Source: Squalus acanthias (lineage: Eukaryota). Taken from it: 64,000 nt of DNA. Shown here piece by piece: positions 13,339 through 25,299 of this stretch (the first letter of the stretch is position 1; the number at the start of each line of letters is the position of its first letter). A program made the position numbers and the translations under genes. The stretch is from the NCBI GenBank assembly GCA_030390025.1, contig CM059432.1, positions 152,522,001-152,586,000 of the forward strand, in the 5' to 3' direction. The notes beneath the pieces were generated by a model. The model had not been told where the DNA came from and searched no databases. It saw only the letters and a program-made list of their open reading frames with translations.

Positions 13339-14250
13339 CTCTCCCCCCTTCTCTCTCTCCCCCTTGTCCTGCTCTCTCCCCCTTGTCCCGCTCTCTCCCC
13401 CTTGTCCCGCTCTCTCCCCCTTGTCCCGCTCTCTCCCCCTTGTCCCGCTCTCTCCCCCTTGTCCCGCTCTCTCCCCCTTGTCCCGCTCTCTCCCCTTCTC
13501 TCGCTCTTGCCCCCTTCTCTCTCTCTCTCGCCACCTTCTCTCTCTCTCTCGCCACCTTCTCTCTCTCTCTCGCCCCCTTCTCTCGCTCTCTCCCTCCCTG
13601 TCACTCTCTCCCTTCTCTTTCTCTCTCTCCCCTCTCTCTCCCCCTTCTCTCTCTTGCCCACTTCTCTCTCTCCCCCATTCTCTTTCCCCCTCTCCCCCTT
13701 GTCTTGCTCTCCCCACCTTCTCTCTCCCCCTCTCCCCCTTGTCTTGCGCTCGCTCCCCCTTGTCTGGCGCTCGCTCTCTCTCTCTCTCTCTCTCCCCGCT
13801 CTCTCTCTCTCTCCCCCGCTCTCTCCCTCTCTCTCCCCCGCTCTCTCTCTCCCCCGCTCTCTCCCTCTCTCTCTCCCCCGCGCTCTCCCTCTCTCTCTCC
13901 CCCGCTCTCTCTCTCTCTCCCTCTCTCCCCTGCTCTCTCTCTCTCTCTCCCCCGCTCTCTCTCTCTCCCCCCGCTCCCTCTCTCTCTCTCCCCCGCGCTC
14001 TCCCTCTCTCTCTCCCCCGCGCTCTCCCTCTCTCTCTCCCCCGCTCTCTCTCTCCCCCGCTCTCTCTCTCTCTCCCCCGCTCTCTCTCTCTCGCTCCCCC
14101 GCTCTCTCTCTCTCCCCCGCTCTCTCTCTCTCTCTCTCCCCCGCTCTCTCTCTCTCTCTCTCCCACGCTCTCTCTCTCTCTCCCGCTCTCTCTCTCTCTC
14201 CCCCGCTCTCTCTCTCTCTCTCTCTCTCCCCCGCTCTCTCTCTCTTCCCC
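13339..14250. repeat. CT-rich low-complexity tract with a short tandem unit (cccccttgtcccgctctct)
   Basis: Polypyrimidine tract next to the gap. Confidence 0.95.
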
Positions 14251-15471
14251 CTTCTATCGTGTTCCCCCCTTTCCTCTTACCCCCCACCATCCCTTTTACC
14301 CTCCCCTTCTCTTCCTCCCAACACAATGTGAGGGCTCCACATCTAGTCACTAGCAGAGTAGCAACATACCTAACATACCCAAGGCCTGTGGCGTTGGATG
14401 ACAGGTAAAACTTGGTCTTGAACCTATAAATTCCAAGTTTTGCTGCCTTGTCTTAATGCTCCCAGCTTTTATTAATATTAAATTCTAACAGTAACTCTTT
14501 AGATGTTGAATGTTCTTTGGATGTTTCAATGTGGTCATTAGCATAAGTAGAAGAACTACATTGGATTTAATTCCCATTGATTAAATAAAGATGCTGGTTT
14601 GATTCAAAGTTGCATCATAAATGATCATGATTTGGTGTGGTTAGAGATAGATTACTGCAGGTGTTGGATTAAGTTATTATTTAAACAATATGTTCATTTA
14701 CAATAACAAAATTTCCGAATATGGCATTAATGTAAGTGTTAATCCGTTAGTGTTGATGGAGATTGGATGTGGGGGTTGTGAGCTTTCGGCCATGTGTTTA
14801 ACTTCTTGGTCATTGTTTCTTTGTTACTATTTTTACATTTCAGTTTGAAATTGGCTGTGGAGCTGATGCATTATTTTCATGTCCCATTCTTTTTACGTTC
14901 AATCCTAAGTCTTACAGAAACGTGTTTCACAAGTTTCATTGTTTCTTTTCTCTACCTATCAAATGAGGGTGGAGGAAATATTGAGACATGATAAACTGGT
15001 GCTTGAATGACAATTGAGACTTCATCTGACTGTTTCAATTTGAAACAAATGTTCTGAAAGTTGTGAACTATTGATCAGTGCTGCTTTAGTCCGAGAAATA
15101 ATTGAAATTTTTGTTTTACTATTATCTCTTTATTTAGAATTTTTCTTTTCTTTCAGTTATTTAATGCCAATTATGGTCCACAACTGCCCTCATTTTAGTC
15201 AACAAAAACAACACTGCTCCTTGTATTGACACAGCCAGTGAACCAATCTAATGTAGGATTGAAGGACTCAGACTGTTGAATTCCAATTAAAATGGAAACT
15301 AATAAAATCCACACCTTTTGTGTCACTTCACCTAATTAAATTTGACTTTAAAGTGTCTTGTCCTTTATATTATTTTATTTTTGCGAATTTTACTTTTGTA
15401 TTGTTCCATAATTTCTTTCTTGGCTCAGCCTCTTTTATTCCATTCTTAAAATTTAGGTGTGGCAAGGCTCA

Positions 15472-16364
15472 GGGGTAAAAATTCAGTTGGTTGCGCCTCC
15501 CGTTAGCGCCTTAAGAGGGCGCTAATGGGGCGCAAAGCCGCTAACGCCCGGGCGCAGCGATGTTTGCGCCGCTCGGGAACTTAACTAGAGATTGCGCGGC
15601 GGCGCTAAACTTTACCGCTGCGACCACCTGCGCGCGCAGATTGTGACGTCATTCCATGGTGCAACGCCCTTGTGGCGCCCCGGAGCGGAAATTGAGTGGC
15701 GCCCCCTGCCTTACCGCCTGGCGCATCCAACGACCAGAAGACTGGAACGCTATCAATCGCTGTGGGGCTGGGGGGGGCGCTATTTAAAGGGGGCCTCTTC
15801 CTGTCTTTTATTGTTGGTGGCATTTTTGAACTACGCATTCTGAGAGAGAGAGGGAGAGACTTCTGGAGAGATTCAACGTTGTGTGAAGGAGTTTTGGGTA
15901 CTGAGCAGCACTTTGCAGGTTCATTTTGATTTGCCATTCTTTGTATCGATTTAGCAGAGACTGTGGGAGCTGCACTCTGAGCTCTTTGCCTGGTACTCTC
16001 CATTGTTCTTTCCAGCACATTTGATGTGCAAGTCTCTCCAGGCCGAGATTCAAGGCTGCAATGAACAGGATGTGGATGGAAAGCAAGATTAACCATCCCC
16101 TTTAAGAACTGGCCCGTGCCATTGTGTGTGTGTTCCATTGCTGACTGACATTACATGAGCTTCGCCAGCGCTCTGAGTTAGCGCCTCACTCCTTGGCCTT
16201 TGCGCCTTAAGACAGGTGTGCAGCGCCTGAGTTAGCGCTCCACTCACCTCCCGGGGCGGTAAAAGTGAAGTTTCCAGTCAATGCCGATAATTAGCGCCAG
16301 GCGCTAATATTTGCGTCCAGACGATATTTGCGCCCCAAATGGGGCGCGACCTAATTTTTCCCCC
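15472..16364 (-). mobile_element. Non-autonomous PIF/Harbinger-like MITE, family A copy 1
   Basis: 12-bp TIRs GGGGTAAAAATT / AATTTTTCCCCC and 3-bp TSD TCA (15469-15471, 16365-16367). Reverse complement of 60602-61486. Many subterminal TTAGCGCC motifs. Confidence 0.85.
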
Positions 16365-16544
16365 TCAGAGTTTGGGATCGTGGAAATTTACTATTTAAAA
16401 AAAATTGTTTGAAAAGCACTGAAAACTGTGTGGTGTGTGTATAAGTGACTCGGTTGTCTAATGAAATAGAATAGGTGGGGGTCAGAATATTTCTAAAATT
16501 TCTGATGGGAAGCAAAATTATAACTGATGGGAAACTGGGTAAGC

Positions 16545-16730
16545 CAATAGGTTAGCACAGTGTCCCGTCATCTTTAGGAACTCGGGTTTGAATGTAGTTT
16601 AGAAAGTCTGTGCTCACTGTGACAGTCTAAGGTGAAAGGAGTTTGGCAACTCAACTCTTAGTTAGGGTGAGTTATAGTAAAACTGCCCACAATTGGCACT
16701 AAATTGACAATCTCATTCAGAGACACCATA
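16545..16730 (+). mobile_element. Degenerate LF-SINE-like relic
   Basis: Decayed tRNA-like head plus aaaactgcccacaattggcactaaattgacaatctcattcagaga, resembling the LF-SINE core as recalled (CACAATTGGCACTAATTGG). Confidence 0.45.
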
Positions 16731-18647
16731 AAGTTAACTAATGTAGGAAATGCAGAGGTCACATTGCTGAAATTGGGGAACTCTCTGTCGAGCTTATTAA
16801 TCTTTCCAGCAGCACGGATGAATTTACTTGTCTTGGTGAGGATCGGATCGAAGCTGCTGTCAAGCCCCTTCTGTGATTTGTGTGTGACAACGTCAAAAAT
16901 TGGCCTGACTGCATGCGTAGTGCAGCCACGTAAACTTTCACATTGTGGAATTTCTAAACTAATAATCAGTCAAAGGAAATCTTTTTCTTAAAAGGTGCTC
17001 ACGGCTAAAAATAAATAGTGGGCGTCAGTGCTATGTTCATGGCCATGCCATTTCCCCTCAAGTCATTCTGCCTGTGTTATGATCCATGAGTCAGCCTCAG
17101 AGTCTTTCCACAAATTCCTTTTCCGACTGTTCCTTTGTCATATTGACGATTGCCTCCAGTCTTCTAATCCTATGCGCTGTTTTGGTGATAATCCCATTCG
17201 GCAACTTCCTTCAAATTGCACACCCACGGTGCGCACACCCACAATTCCTCTTGCAGTGCAGTGGCTGAATCATGACATCTGTGCCTTTTGGTGGGACAAC
17301 GAAAATCATGTTTTTCAATTCTTCAGAGTTTCTTCACGTCTCTGGCAAGAATCATTTCCCCCTATCAACCTTCATCTTCAATGATTCTAGCCTTAGTCCT
17401 TCTATAGTTATTGACTTTCTTTCTTCAGTACCTCCTTTGAGCTCGAATGCTTGAAAGCGTTGTTCAAGTTGCCTTCAAGAAGCTTGCTTTCTTCTTTTGT
17501 GCCAATACCTTTCTTGTCAACAATTCTTAATTCTCTACAAAGGCAAAATCCATCCAAGACTGGTTCATATTTACAGAGGCTCTTCTGAGCACAGTGCAAC
17601 AAAAAACGTGTTATGTAGCAGCTTCCTCTGTCCCGTCTAGTCTCTTCCAGCTCTTCTTTACTGCAACATTTCTTATGTCTGTTCTACTGATGCTGCAATG
17701 CCTAGTGCACCTCTGAATGTTTTTGTTCCTTCTAAGCTACATATAAGTCATCCTACACAATCTTCTATGTTCCTACATCTTTACTGTATTGAAATCAAGG
17801 CTTGTTACAGGATTTACTACTCTTCCTCATTATTTCCCAAGATCCCAAAACTGTGGGACTAGTTATCTCCTCAAAAGTCTCTCCCTCCTACATTCTAAAA
17901 CCCAAATTTGGTGTTAATTTTTTCCTGATTTTTTTTCCTGATTTAGTTTATTACCTCTTTTATTCTTCTTAACTTTGGTGGTGTCTTGATCTATGAGCTT
18001 TAGTCCTTAATTTTGGGTCCAAATCTCTTTTTTTTGAAAAAATAGGGAAGTATGAAACTGGTAAAAGGCCTAAGAGGAAAAGCAATTCAAGTTGATCAGT
18101 AAAAGTAAGAGAGGTAAAGAGTATGAAAGAAAGGTGAACATAATTGAAATGTTTCACATTTATTTTAAAAAAAGAATTCTAGTGCTTATTTAAGGTGTGT
18201 TGCCACTTAATGCATTTCTGCAGAGAAGCTCCGGAGCTGGTTCCTGACCTGACTCGCTCCTGATTCTCAGAATTCGATTTACAGCCAAGCAGCATAAATC
18301 AGGTTCTGCCAGGCTGGAGTTGATTTTGTTGGTACTGGTCTCAGCCCAGTAGCTAGAGTGTAAGCTTTTGCAGTTTAAAGTTAATATTACAGTAATACGG
18401 GTGCTCCTGACATTTGAGTTGTTTTTTCCTTTTTAATCATAGTACTTGTTTCAGCAGCATGTGCGTGAGGTGAAACCTATATAAAAATGTCTGGAGACCA
18501 GAATTTCTCCGGACATGCTGGCCATCTAAGGGTTAGGAAACATTGTTGGCACAGAGTGAAGATGACTTTATTTATCATTTGGTTATGCAATAGGTCAAAT
18601 GGAAGTGCTTGGGGTGACCAAGATACCAAAATGTTCATTCCCCATTG

Positions 18648-20780
18648 GAAACATAGAAACATAGAAGATAGGAGCAGGAGTAGGCCATTCAGCCCCTCGA
18701 GCCTGTTCCGCCATTTAATGAGATCATGGCTGATCATCCAAATTCAGTACCCTGTCCCTGCTTTCTCCCCATATCCCTTGATCACTTTAGCCTTAAGAAA
18801 TATATCCAACTCCTTCTTGAATATATTTAATGAATTGGCCTCAACTGTCTTCTGTGGTAGAGAATTCCACAGGTTCACCACTCTGGGTGAAGAAATTTCT
18901 CCTCATCTCAGTCCTAAATGGCTTACCCCTTATCCTTAGACTGTGACCCCTGGTTCTGGACTCCCCGGCCATCGGGAACATCCTTCCTGCATCTAGTCTG
19001 TCTAGTCCTGTTAGAATTTTATAAGTTTCAATGAGACCCCCTCTCATTCTTCTAAACTCTAGCGAATATAAGCCTAATCGACCCAATCTCTCCTCATACG
19101 TCATTCCTGCCATCCCAGGTACCAGTCTGGTGAATCTTCGCTGCACTCTCTTCCATGGCAAGAACATCCTTCCTCAGATAAGGTGACCAAAACTGCACAC
19201 AGTAATCAAGGTGTGGTCTCACCAAGGCCCTGTATAACTGCAGCAAGACATCCTTGCTCCTGTACTCGAATCCTCTCGCTATGAAGGCCAACATACCATT
19301 TGCCTTCTTAACCGCCTGCTGCACCTGCATGCTTACCTTCAGCGACTGGTGCACAAGAACACCCAGGTCTCGTTGCACTTCCCCTTTTCCCAATCTATTG
19401 CCGTTCAGATAATCTGTCTTCCTGTTTTTGCCACCGAAGTGGATAACCTCGCATTTATCCACATTATACTGCATTTGCCATGCATCTGCCCAATCACCCA
19501 ACCTGTCCAAACCATACTGGAGTTTCTCTGCATCCTCCTCACAGCACACACGCCCACCCAGCTTTGTGTCGACTGCAAACTTGGAGATATTACATCTAGT
19601 TCCCTCGTCTAGATCATTTATATATATTGTGAATAGCTGGGGTCCTAGCACCGATCCCTGCGGTACCCCACTAGTCACTGCCTGCCACTCGGAAAAAGAC
19701 CCATTTATTCCAACTCTTTGCTTCCTGTCTGCCAACCAGTTCTCTATCCAAGACAGTACCTTACCCCCAATCCCATGTGCTTTAACTTTGCACGCTAATC
19801 TCTTATGCGGGACCTTATTGAAAGCCTTCTGAAAGTCCAAATACACCACATCCACTGGTTCTCCCTTATATATTCTACCAGTTACATCCTCAAAAAATTC
19901 CAGTAGATTAGTCAAGCATGATTTACCTTTTGTAAATCCATGTTGACTTTGTCCGATCCTGTCACTGTTTTCCAAGTGCTCTGCTAGTGCATCTTTTATA
20001 ATGGACTGTAGCATTTCCCCCACTACCGATGTCAGACATACCGGTCTATAATTCCCCGTTTTCTCTCTACCACCTTTTTTAAATAGTGGGGTTACATTAG
20101 CTATCCTCCAATCCATGGGTACTGTTCCAGAGTCGATAGAATTTTGGAAGATGACCAGCAATGCATCTACTATTTCTAGGGCCACTTCCTTAAGTACCCT
20201 AGGATGTAGATTATCAGGCCCTGGGGATTTATCGGCCTTCAATCCCATCAATTTCCCCAACACCATTTCCCTACAAATACTGATTTCATTCAATTCCTCC
20301 CTCTCATTAGATCCTATATTCCCCGACATCTCTGGGAGGTTATTTGTGCCCTTCTTTGTGAAGACAGAACCAAAGTATGTATTTAATTGGTCAGCCATTT
20401 CTTTGTTCCCCATTATAAATTCCCCTGATTCTGACTGCAAGGGACCTACGCTTGACTTCACCAATCTTTTTCTCTTCACATATCTATAGAAGCTTTTACA
20501 GTCAGTTTTTATGTTCCCTGCAAGCTTACTCTCATAATCTATTTTTCCCCTCTTAATTAATCCCTTTGTCCTCCTTTGCTGAATCCTAAACTGCTCCCAA
20601 TCCTCAGGTTTGCTGCTTTTTCTGGCCAAATTATATGTCCTCTCCTTGGATCTTATGCTATCCCTAATTTCCCTTGTTAGCCACGGTTGAGTCACCTTTT
20701 TTATTTTATTTTTATGCCAAACAGTGATGAACAAATTCTGTAGTTCATCCATGCGATCTTTAAATGTTTGCCATTGCCAG
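18648..20780 (-). mobile_element. 5'-truncated CR1-clade LINE (RT domain and 3' UTR)
   Basis: ORF 19094-20986 has KSPGPD, NYRPVCLTS, QHGF, YLDFQKAF, SGVPQGSVLGP and FAVDTK (catalytic DD altered). A frameshifted C-terminus follows in 18841-19167, then a short-repeat tail (ctatgttt). Confidence 0.95.
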
Positions 20781-20904
20781 GAGCACCAAGCATTTACTGT
20801 CCTAATATTTGTCACTAAAGTTACAGTCGTTTCATTTTCCCTATTACAGGAATTAACCGCAGAAATTAGCTGGGTTATTGCAAGTAACTTTAGTATCTGT
20901 CCGT

Positions 20905-21000
20905 GGAGTGGGAGTAATTGGAGAGCTCTTTCAAAGAGCCGGCACAGGTGCGATGGGTTGAATGGCCTCTTTCTGTGCTGTGTCATTCTATGATTCTATC
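20905..21000 (+). mobile_element. CR1 3' tail fragment
   Basis: gagctctttcaaagagccggcacagg...gaatggcctctttctgtgctg...ttctatgattctat. Confidence 0.75.
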
Positions 21001-21254
21001 TTGTTACTCAGTTTAGTGGAGTTCTGAAGAGAGCCAGTATGATTTTTCAGAAACAATCAGCTTTTAAATTAAATTGCTCTTATTATTGATGTCCCCGTAT
21101 ATTAGTTGATCTGAATCTTTCAGCCTAGTTAGTAAAGATGAGCTATTTACTTTTCAAATAGAAAAACCCTGCAAAAAGAAATGAATATCAAAAAACTTTA
21201 TTATACAACTAACATTTAAATACTTTGTTGGGAAAATTGGAGAGATAATAACTT

Positions 21255-21560
21255 CATAGAAATTTTCGAACAGAAATAGGCCATTCGGCGCATTGCATCT
21301 GCGTTGGTGTTAACTCCTTTGTATTCCCATATCTCTGTATCTTTTTTCCTTTTCAAATACTTATCCAGTTCCCTTTACCCTGCCTCAATAGCCACTTGCG
21401 GTAAAATAATCAATTTTCTAAAAACGTGTGAAAATATTTCTTTTAATTTCCCTCTTCATTTCTCTTGTGATGATCCGCAATCTGTGCCCCCTTGTTACCG
21501 ATTCATCAACCAGTAGAAACAGTACTTCACTATTTACCCTTGCAACCTTTGTAATATGTT
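21255..21560 (-). mobile_element. Degenerate CR1 3' fragment
   Basis: Similar by eye to the reverse CR1 tail at 59212-59790. Confidence 0.55.
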
Positions 21561-21829
21561 TTAAAACAGGTTGGCGAGGAACTCTAGTTTTTGATATGCT
21601 AGGTCATTAATGGATAATCAATTGCCCATGGTACAGGTCACCTTAAGATCTCTGGGGTGCAATGCAGCTGGAAATAAATCTTATTGATAATTTCTACTTA
21701 ATAGTTTCAGAGCGTGAAATATCTGGAACAGCCTTCTCTTGTGTGGAAGTCTGCACTTAACGGTGTTGGCTTAATGTGTTTGTATACCACTATATCCAAT
21801 AGATATTCAATTAGGTAGAACTGACAATT

Positions 21830-22370
21830 ACACTGTTGTGCTAAAACACGCCAAAAAAGTTACGGCTTGTCCATTCCAGTCTAAGTACCTTTTCAACAGC
21901 GTGATAAGTCTTAATTACTGCCAAACAACCTCTTTGGCATTGAAAATTGACGTTTACAAGTGTGGAGTCTCATTCCTTCAGCTTTTAATTATTGTTGGAG
22001 ATTTAAAAAAAAAACTCAAATAATTTTTTTTTCTTTCTGTCGCTTTTATCTCTCTTAATCTAATCTTTCTTTCCCTCTCTTTATTTTGCTTTCTTTAGAG
22101 AATTTGACATTGAATTTACTATTCTAAGCATCACTTCCTGGATCAGGCTCTGCGCTGCTCATTAACGATTCTTCAATTTGATTGGTTAATAAGATACAGT
22201 TGCTTGCCTTGTTCACATAGGTCCTAGATGTCCCGTAGAGGGCGCTGCGCTGTTTGGATGCTTGGCTGACAGTAACTTGTCACGCAGAAGTCCATACAAA
22301 GTCTATGGGGAACTGCAAGTCTAATGAACGTCTGCTGCCGTTCATTTGCCGCTCAGAGTAAAATCCGGCT
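21830..22370. mobile_element. Degenerate MITE relative of 24011-24733
   Basis: Shares internal AT/CT-rich blocks (taatctttcttccctctctttattt; cagttgcttgcc...cacataggtcctagatg) and ends in aaaatccggc. The left end is not resolved. Confidence 0.4.
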
Positions 22371-23330
22371 TATCGCCAATTTAAGTGGCCATTCTGATCA
22401 CACACTTCGTTAAATCTCGGAGCCCAGAGCTTTCTTCATTGAATTCACACTAGGATGGTTAAGCCCTCGTATCTCTAAATAATTAACAGCTTAGAAGCCA
22501 GTACTACTCTTGATACTTTGTGAAATTTAAAGAGGTACGCGTGACATGTGGTTACACAGACCAAGAGCGGCTGGTTTACTAAGGGTAAGCAAACTGTAGA
22601 TAATGTTAGGTTAATAAATATTTCATCGTGTGCCACCATCCAAGAAAAAAGATTTTAATTGTTTTTCGCCACAAATAAAACATTTAACTGGGCCAACTAG
22701 TAATTTCAGTTTCACTCTAAAAGGATCTAGATTCAAGGAGCTATTTCTTAAATGGGTAATGCATTCGCTGCCTCTTCTTGGAACAAGTATAACCTCTATT
22801 GCTTTCTTTATTTAACTTTCATGTACAAGTGATTGGGCCGTCATCCAAACAGGAAAAATTAAAGGATCCTGTCCCTCAAAGTTTTCACTTCCTTGTAGTA
22901 GCTGTTCTTTTTCTCCTGTTGTTGATGGGCGGTCTCCTTTTGTTCTGTACAAAGGAAATTTGATCAGTCATTTATCAATTCTCCAGTGATTCATTAAATC
23001 ATGATAAATAAGTTTGGAAGAGGGCTTTCTTGCTGAATAACTAATATGGCACGAATGAGTTTATCCAGTGAGGAGCTGAACCCTACAGATCAAAAGGGCC
23101 CCAGGTTGAACTGGACTTAGTCATGTCCATGGCCGTGATGCTAGTAAGTTTTACTGAGCTGCGGAACCTCACTGCTGAAATTCAGTAGGGAGGAAAGAAA
23201 TGGGTGAGGAGAAAAATATTCATTAACTAGCTGGTCATGTTCTTGTAAAGTTAATTGTGTTTTTATCGTTGCATCCTGCTCCATCACACTGTTTTGGTAG
23301 ATTGTTAAGTGCTTCTTTAATGACATAAAA

Positions 23331-23773
23331 AAGAAAAGAAAGATTTGCATTTATATAGTGCCTTTAACGATCTCAGGACATCCGAAAGCGCTGTATAATC
23401 AATGAAGTACTTTTGAAGTGTATTCACTGTTGTGCAGTAGCCAATCTGCGCACAGCAAGGTCCCATAAACAGCAACAAAATAATGACCAGATAATCTGTT
23501 TCCAGTAATGTTGGTTGAGTGATAAATATTGGTCGGGACACTGAGGAGAACTCTCCTGCTCTTCTTCAAAATAGTGCCATGGAATCTTTTATGTCCACCT
23601 GAGAGGGCAAACAGGGCCTCGGTTTAACATCTCATCTGAAAGACGGCACAATGCTCAGCACTGCACTGGAGTTTCAGCCTAGATTATGTGCTCAAGTCCT
23701 TGGAGTGGGACTTGAACCCACAGACCTGCCTGACTCTGAGGCAAGAGTGCTACCACTGAGCCACAGCTGACAC
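23331..23773 (-). mobile_element. Near full-length tRNA-derived DeuSINE (SacSINE1-like)
   Basis: On the minus strand: A box TGGCTCAGTGG, B box GGTTCAAGTCC, central atggcactatt...gtgtcc block and L2-like tail. Confidence 0.88.
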
Positions 23774-24010
23774 TGGGTTTACATGGGCTGATTAACAATT
23801 TTCTTTACCAGTCCTTAAGTGGCATCAGCCAATAGTGATTTTAAAAGTTGTATATCCTATCTCCTGGTCATCCAATTAATAGACAATACAGCACTGCTTA
23901 TTATTGTCACAGCGTCGGGCAACTTTCTTCGACGCGCAATGTGTCCCTAATTGTTGAACATGGCTTGTTGTGAATGATTCGAATGCTGGAAAGAAATTCT
24001 GGAAGATATG

Positions 24011-24733
24011 GGGCCAAATCTTGCTGGAAAATAATGGAGTGTTAACGACGCACGCCGTCGTTAATGCGCAAATCAGCCAGCAAATTCAGGGGACTAAGAG
24101 ATACGCTGTGAGTTGTGAATCTCCAGAACTTGCTGGTCGATTTACGCTGCTCTGCCGTTTGCTTCGCACACATGGCATCTCACTCTTAGCCTCCCCGTTA
24201 TTTTTAAGAACTTGCTGGATTTGCACATTAATGACCCATTAAACTCGCCGCAGAAAGTTAGGGCTGGTAATTTAGAGCGTAACTACCCTTTTAATGACGT
24301 GATAATTGCTAATTCAATGCCAATCAATCTCTCTCACCTAGAAAGGGAACAATTTAAACTGTTGAGTCTTATTCCTGTATGCAGTAAATTCTTCTTACAG
24401 ATTTAAAACATTTCAAATTTCAAATTTTTATATTTTTTCTTACTTTTGCATTCTTTCTTTTTTCTCTCTCAATCCAATCTATCTTTTCCTCTCTTTATTT
24501 ATTTTTCTGCACCTGATTTCACTCTAATTCACCCACCTCTCTGTCGTTCCTCATTCCTTAAATCTCTGGTTAAAAAGATACACTGTTGGTCCTGCTGCTC
24601 ACTTGCCCAGATGTCTTGTTGTCTTTGCCACGCCATTATCAGCTTGCACTTCCAGAAGGTTACAGTGCAAAAATTTTGATGACAAACTAATAGCATATTC
24701 CGCGAGGTGCCCCACTCCAGCAAGATTTGGTCC
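24011..24733. mobile_element. Non-autonomous Harbinger-like MITE, family B
   Basis: 18-bp TIR GGGCCAAATCTTGCTGGA / TCCAGCAAGATTTGGTCC (1 mismatch) and 3-bp TSD ATG (24008-24010, 24734-24736). Confidence 0.85.
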
Positions 24734-24879
24734 ATGATGTTACCACTAGGTCATCTTTGTTCTCAGAATCCAGTTTGCATTTGAAATCTAAGGAGCACAA
24801 GAATGCGAATACAAATGTGGTAAAAATCTTCGCTGGTCCAAAAACTGTGCTATGTGTGGGAAAATCACCAACCAAGTTA

Positions 24880-25299
24880 GGAAAGAACATGCATTAATAG
24901 AGCACCTTTCACATCCTCAGGATGTTCCAATGGGTTACTTCTGAAGTGTACTCACCGTTGTTATGTAGGCAGATACAGCAGCCAATTTGTGCACAGCAAG
25001 ATTCCACTAACAACAAATGAGATGAAAGACCAAATCATTCTTTTTTTGATGAATGTTGGCCAGGATACTGTGATAACTTCCTGTTTTTCAAATAGTCCTA
25101 TTGAATCTTTTACATCCATATGAGTGGGTAGACTAGTTTCTCCGTTTTGCATCTCATCCAAAAGACGGAGACTCCAACAAAGTAACATTCCCTCAGTGCT
25201 GTGCTGAAGTGTCAGCCTAGATTATTTGCTCAAGTATTGGGGCATGAACCCACGACCTCTGACAGAGGTAAGAGTGCTTTCAACTGAGCCAAGGTGACA
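24880..25299 (-). mobile_element. Degenerate DeuSINE copy
   Basis: Colinear with 23331-23773 but more diverged. Confidence 0.75.

Noticed and set aside
13035..14408. Several long ORFs on both strands
   Set aside because: They span the N gap and the CT tract.
17000..17790. Possible decayed L1 ORF1 or other coding relic on the minus strand
   Set aside because: Only a vague motif resemblance with many stops; cannot be supported by eye.
19094..20986. 630-aa ORF as a host gene or active RT
   Set aside because: 5'-truncated CR1 with FAVD in place of FADD and a frameshifted C-terminus. Its N-terminal ~70 aa come from flanking DNA.
23690..23773. tRNA genes at A/B-box sequences (also 30712 and 32937)
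   Set aside because: They are heads of SINE/LINE repeats and continue into repeat bodies with no Pol III terminator.
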